DNA of 20,000 nt from an uncultured virus (IMG/VR IMGVR_UViG_3300032093_000023) (taxonomy: Duplodnaviria > Heunggongvirae > Uroviricota > Caudoviricetes), in the IMG/VR virus record IMGVR_UViG_3300032093_000023. One strand, 5' to 3'. Positions 16,201-20,000 of the stretch are shown piece after piece. The notes beneath the pieces were generated by a model, which did not search any database, had not been told where the DNA came from, and was given only the letters and a program-made list of their open reading frames with translations. Each line of letters starts with the position of its first letter. Within the stretch, counting starts at the first letter, position 1. A program made the translations under genes and the position numbers.

Positions 16201-16227
16201 AATGTACAAATATACAACTTTATATGA

Positions 16228-16809
16228 TTAGTTTTCTGTTTTTTTTTCAACATTAAGAGATTCACACAAGTAAAGTCCCGTATTATCAAATCTCTTAATT
16301 TCATCAGTCTTAAAAAAGTTTTGATAAGCCTTCATTTCAATGTCTGAAAAACCAACAAATAACACTTTCTTTTCAGGAGAAACATCTAACATATCCAATT
16401 CGTTTAAATCTATGATTTTTTTATAAATATTTTCGTCACTTATAGATGTTATGTATCCTTTGATTTCAATATCCATTTTTTCAACCATAGATTTGAATTT
16501 TTTATCCGAATCCATCAAGTCATAAACTTTACGAATACCATATAATATAGTAGCATGGTATAAATTATTAAACTGCTGTCCAATATTTGCATAGCTTATG
16601 TTTTTAACGTATTTTCTAATAAAGTAAGATGTTACCTGTTTAAGCGTTACAATTTCTCGTCTTCTTGATTTATTATAAAATTCACTTTCTTCTAATTCCA
16701 AGTTTTTAGCTACATAGCTTTTAATATACTTTATTGTATTTTTTTTAGATACAGTTAAATTTACTACATCTGCTTCGTATTTTTTTTTATCTTCTTTAGT
16801 TATTTTCAT
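16228..16809 (-). CDS. Protein with a DnaA C-terminal (domain IV, HTH) DNA-binding domain and no AAA+ domain
   Basis: KSRRREIVTLKQVTSYFIRKY...SYANIGQQF...HATILYGIRKV..LM..DKKF; likely ATG at 16809 (MKITKED) because a promoter occupies 16828-16857. Confidence 0.8.
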   Translation of the reverse strand: MKITKEDKKKYEADVVNLTVSKKNTIKYIKSYVAKNLELEESEFYNKSRRREIVTLKQVTSYFIRKYVKNISYANIGQQFNNLYHATILYGIRKVYDLMDSDKKFKSMVEKMDIEIKGYITSISDENIYKKIIDLNELDMLDVSPEKKVLFVGFSDIEMKAYQNFFKTDEIKRFDNTGLYLCESLNVEKKTEN

Positions 16810-16827
16810 AGTATTTATATTATTTAA

Positions 16828-16857
16828 CAAATATACAACTTTATATCCAATAACAAA
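16828..16857 (-). promoter_or_regulatory. Bacteroidota promoter overlapping the AATATACAAC motif
   Basis: TTTG(16857-16854)-N18-TATATTTG(16835-16828). Confidence 0.65.
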
Positions 16858-16860
16858 CAA

Positions 16861-17670
16861 TTAAATATTTAATGTTTCATTATTTTCTTTTAATTCATTA
16901 AAAAACTTATGTAATATAGCTTGTTTAACCAAATTATATAAACTTCTATTTACATCTAAATTACTTATAATGTATTCATAATCATTTTGTTTCAATACTC
17001 TTTTATTTAAAGATACCCTTAAATCTTGCAAATATTTACTTTCCACATATTTAGCAATTTCATTTTTGACATCTTTTTCGTAATTAAGTATCTTTAAATC
17101 TTTCCAAAGTAAATCGTAGTAAATTCCAGATAATGCAGGTACAGGCATTTTATCGTATTTAATAAAATCCTCATAAGCTAATTTACAGCCATCAATAACT
17201 ATCTGCCTTGTTTCTGTTGGGTCTAGTTTTCTGCTTTTAGCTAATATTAGTTCTAATTCTTTGTTATACTCTCTCATTGCTTTTTGTCTGTTTGCGTCAT
17301 TAATAAATGATTTTATCCAATTACTTACAGTTGTTAAATTAATTCCAAAATAATCTCCATACTCGTTTGTAACACCATTAAAACAAATCATTTTAAATTC
17401 GTCAACTGTTAAAAATTGATATTTAGTAACTATTAGCTGGTAAATTGTTTCAGCTATATTGGTTATTAACTCAATATCTTCTAAATCTTTCTTATTGCCG
17501 CTATTAATCATAGACTGAACAACCACATCGTAAATATATTTTATGGCTGCTCCTGTTTTTAATTCGGTAATCTTATTGCCATTTTTAGCAATTAAATACT
17601 TTTGAGAAACAATAGGTAATTGACTTATTATTTCATTTTGTTTTTGTATTGGTATTAAACTATTCTCCAT
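16861..17670 (-). CDS. Putative replication accessory (helicase-loader-like) phage protein
   Basis: 269 aa; YQFLTVDEFKMIC..G...EYGDYFGINLTTVSNWIKSF pattern; position next to a replication-like gene; function inferred. Confidence 0.55.
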   Translation of the reverse strand: MENSLIPIQKQNEIISQLPIVSQKYLIAKNGNKITELKTGAAIKYIYDVVVQSMINSGNKKDLEDIELITNIAETIYQLIVTKYQFLTVDEFKMICFNGVTNEYGDYFGINLTTVSNWIKSFINDANRQKAMREYNKELELILAKSRKLDPTETRQIVIDGCKLAYEDFIKYDKMPVPALSGIYYDLLWKDLKILNYEKDVKNEIAKYVESKYLQDLRVSLNKRVLKQNDYEYIISNLDVNRSLYNLVKQAILHKFFNELKENNETLNI

Positions 17671-18286
17671 ATTTTTGATTGATTATATCGTGAGCATTAT
17701 TTCTAGCGTTTACCGTTTTATTTATTACACCAACGCTATTTGTATTTTTGAGTTCTTTTTTTATCCAACTCAAACAATGCCTACTCGCATTCTGATAATT
17801 AGGATAGCTTTGTTCGTGTGCATTTTGTTCATTAAAAAACCGATTAACCAAACATACAACTTTGTTTGCATCAATTTTAAATTCCATTTGTATTAATTCA
17901 AAGAAAGTGCCACTATTTAATATATCTTGCTTATAATCAATGGCTTTTTTATAGTCCATTAACGCTAAATATTCATGTGCTTGTACTTTATTTAATTTAC
18001 TTTTATCAATATACTTTGCCCAATGATTAATAAATGTAATTGAATCTTCATTGACTACAACTAATCCTGCTTTTTCTAATTCTAAAAATAAAGACAAACT
18101 CTTTTGATTAATCACTTTTTTAGAAATATCAAATCCTTTTAGGTTAACTATTTTAGGGTCTAAATCCTCAAAATGATAAGTAAGGCATTGAATGTATGCG
18201 ATTTTAGCCTTTGAACTAATTGAATTAATGAGTGAATCTAATTTGAAAATTGAATTTATTGTGTGCAATGATATTAATTTTAACAT
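17660..18286 (-). CDS. Putative phage replication initiator-like protein
   Basis: 208 aa; winged-helix-like N-part (LELEKAGLVVV...FINHW) and C-terminal RFFNEQ...RHCLSWIKK; function inferred. Confidence 0.5.
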   Translation of the reverse strand: MLKLISLHTINSIFKLDSLINSISSKAKIAYIQCLTYHFEDLDPKIVNLKGFDISKKVINQKSLSLFLELEKAGLVVVNEDSITFINHWAKYIDKSKLNKVQAHEYLALMDYKKAIDYKQDILNSGTFFELIQMEFKIDANKVVCLVNRFFNEQNAHEQSYPNYQNASRHCLSWIKKELKNTNSVGVINKTVNARNNAHDIINQKYGE

Positions 18287-18666
18287 TTTCTTAATAGGTA
18301 TTTGTAAAATAATTCAAAAAATAAACCCCAAATTGTTTTGTAAATACAAAATACAATAGGATAATAGTACCAAAACTTCAAGCTAAAGTCAAACGTTAAT
18401 GCTGATAATATTAAAAAACTAATTGTAAAGCTTTTAAATAAATGCCATCCGTCAGTTAATAATACAGGATAATCAATTAATCCAAATATTTTACGTCTGC
18501 CTAATTTAGTATCTCCATTAACGTATTTATTCTTCCATGATATATTTGGATTCCAATATTGGGGGTTTTTATTTAAAAAAACACTTGTTTCAAAATGAAA
18601 TTGCAATGTATCCATTACAGAATTACTTATTGCAGCTAATATCAAGAATATTAGGCTATAAACCAT
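18280..18666 (-). CDS. Integral membrane protein
   Basis: About three hydrophobic segments; NSVMDTLQFHF...SWKNKY...TDGWHLFK; likely ATG at 18666. Confidence 0.75.
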   Translation of the reverse strand: MVYSLIFLILAAISNSVMDTLQFHFETSVFLNKNPQYWNPNISWKNKYVNGDTKLGRRKIFGLIDYPVLLTDGWHLFKSFTISFLILSALTFDFSLKFWYYYPIVFCIYKTIWGLFFELFYKYLLRKC

Positions 18667-18889
18667 CTTTATACTCTTTATAAGGTTGGTAATTAGCAAT
18701 ACTAAATACGATTATGATAAATATCCATAACAAACCATATACAATAGGATTATTATCTTCTATAATAATATCCCTTACTTTTGCAAGAAATGTAATATAT
18801 ACAATACTAAATACCCATATAAATAATAACCATAATATTTTAACAGGACGTTCTTTTAAATGTTTTAAATAATTTTTCATTTTTTTCAT
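18656..18889 (-). CDS. Small two-TM membrane protein
   Basis: 77 aa with two hydrophobic helices. Confidence 0.7.
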   Translation of the reverse strand: MKKMKNYLKHLKERPVKILWLLFIWVFSIVYITFLAKVRDIIIEDNNPIVYGLLWIFIIIVFSIANYQPYKEYKDGL

Positions 18890-18895
18890 TTTTAA

Positions 18896-19078
18896 TTAAT
18901 AATGTTTATTCAAGTGTGATTTAACGTCAATCCAAAAAAGTTTATCCTCTTTTGATTCTGTCTTCCATGCTTCACGCTTACAATGTTCCATAGCCCTTAA
19001 TTTACTATTAGTGAAATCATTATAATCACGCTCGTAATATTCGTAAAGTTCGTTTGCCTTAGATTCTATTCTGTTCAT
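18896..19078 (-). CDS. Hypothetical phage protein
   Basis: 60 aa, KANELYEYY...FWIDVK. Confidence 0.7.
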   Translation of the reverse strand: MNRIESKANELYEYYERDYNDFTNSKLRAMEHCKREAWKTESKEDKLFWIDVKSHLNKHY

Positions 19079-19217
19079 CTTTTATAGTTTTTTTAATGAA
19101 TAACTTAATTTCTTTTTCAAAATCGAAGTCGTAATCTGTAACATATCCCTTGTCTTTTAAAAAGAATAAAAAATCAAATAATATCCTTTCGTCTAATTTT
19201 TCTGTATCTATTCCCAT
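19059..19217 (-). CDS. Hypothetical protein, 52 aa
   Basis: Manual translation MGIDTEKLDERILFDFLFFLKDKGYVTDYDFDFEKEIKLFIKKTIKDEQNRI; fills the gap between neighbours. Confidence 0.6.
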   Translation of the reverse strand: MGIDTEKLDERILFDFLFFLKDKGYVTDYDFDFEKEIKLFIKKTIKDEQNRI

Positions 19218-19218
19218 T

Positions 19219-19410
19219 TTAATTATTTATTAAATCAATTGCTTTTGAAAATCCTAACATTATAATCATAATTAATAACGTTAATATTAATCCAGCTAGT
19301 AAACTTTCTTTTATAGGATTACCTTGTTCTATTGCTATTAAAGAGAATATTAAAGAACCTATTACATATATTATACTCCATCCTAATGCTTTTTTTAAAT
19401 TATTTTTCAT
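19219..19410 (-). CDS. Small two-TM membrane protein
   Basis: 63 aa with two hydrophobic helices; ATGA overlap with the upstream gene. Confidence 0.7.
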   Translation of the reverse strand: MKNNLKKALGWSIIYVIGSLIFSLIAIEQGNPIKESLLAGLILTLLIMIIMLGFSKAIDLINN

Positions 19411-19916
19411 ACTATTTCTCGTTTAAATTCGTTTCCTGTTATTAATGTATTGCAAAAATACTCAAAATCATCGTTTATTTCTTTATTAACACCAACTATA
19501 TTAGCAAAAAAGTTAGATGATTTATATAAATTAACAAATTCTTGTTTATTATTATGATTAATTCCATCAATATACTTTTCGTAAATCATTTTAAGCATTT
19601 TATTAAGACTACAAAAAATATCAATATCCTTTCTTTTTTGTATCTCTATTTCGTCAACTATCATTTTATAAATATAATCTTCTAAAATTTCGCATTGTTC
19701 TATATTTTCAGGACAAACATTTTTAGTAACTGTTTCTAAAAATGTTTGCAAGTCGATTAATAATTGATTATATGCTTTCTTTTTATCATGCTTAAATAAT
19801 CCAATAAATCGAGTGCTTTCTCCATCTATTGATTTTGATAAAGCGACAAATATCTCTATTGCGGAGTTTGCTAATTGTATTTTGTTTTTCATAAGTTCAT
19901 TGTTTGGCATTTCCAT
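19407..19916 (-). CDS. Hypothetical protein
   Basis: ORF 19407..19928; first ATG at 19916. Confidence 0.75.
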   Translation of the reverse strand: MEMPNNELMKNKIQLANSAIEIFVALSKSIDGESTRFIGLFKHDKKKAYNQLLIDLQTFLETVTKNVCPENIEQCEILEDYIYKMIVDEIEIQKRKDIDIFCSLNKMLKMIYEKYIDGINHNNKQEFVNLYKSSNFFANIVGVNKEINDDFEYFCNTLITGNEFKREIV

Positions 19917-20000
19917 ATTGATTTTCAATTAGTTAAGTTGGATGATTGCGCTTAGCGAGTAGTTATGCGCAACCTTAAAGAACTGCACGTAATTGAACAT

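Noticed and set aside
1718..17896. Plus-strand ORFs in the track (e.g. 1718, 1929, 2735, 6040, 6296, 8852, 10262, 10465, 10873, 15150, 15435, 16040, 17675)
   Set aside because: All are antisense shadows of well-supported minus-strand genes, with Phe/Leu/Ser/Ile-rich composition, mostly non-ATG starts and no recognisable motifs.
18280..19410. Holin or lysis cassette for the small membrane proteins
   Set aside because: No endolysin is nearby and the context is early/replication, so a lysis role cannot be supported.

Overview
Very AT-rich, gene-dense segment that looks like a Bacteroidota (Flavobacteriia-like) phage or prophage. The host is inferred from TTG-N19-TAnnTTTG promoters, A-rich leaders without Shine-Dalgarno sites, and a Bacteroidota-type NdpA. 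No capsid, terminase, integrase, rRNA, tRNA or CRISPR is visible. There are three blocks. (1) 1-852 (+): two small genes, including a HAD-family gene broken by one in-frame TAG, ending at a bidirectional terminator. (2) 908-10158 (-): an operon led by two giant polyvalent-type proteins. One is 1267 aa (DUF3140-like + DUF5661-like + about five beta-clamp-like domains); the other is about 794 aa (LPD5/LPD1-like HExxH metallopeptidase). They share a 38-aa C-terminal module and are followed by Lys/Glu-rich, basic and small membrane proteins. A [FYM]xxGGx(I) motif recurs at domain junctions in two proteins of this operon. (3) 10249-19916 (-): an early/replication-type block (replication-like genes, DnaA domain IV protein, XRE HTH, NdpA, YopX, PD-(D/E)xK nuclease, DUF3310-like, many small ORFs). 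It carries a repeated intergenic motif, AATATACAAC, embedded in promoters and a candidate pseudoknotted ncRNA. All family assignments are from motif recognition by eye, not database searches.
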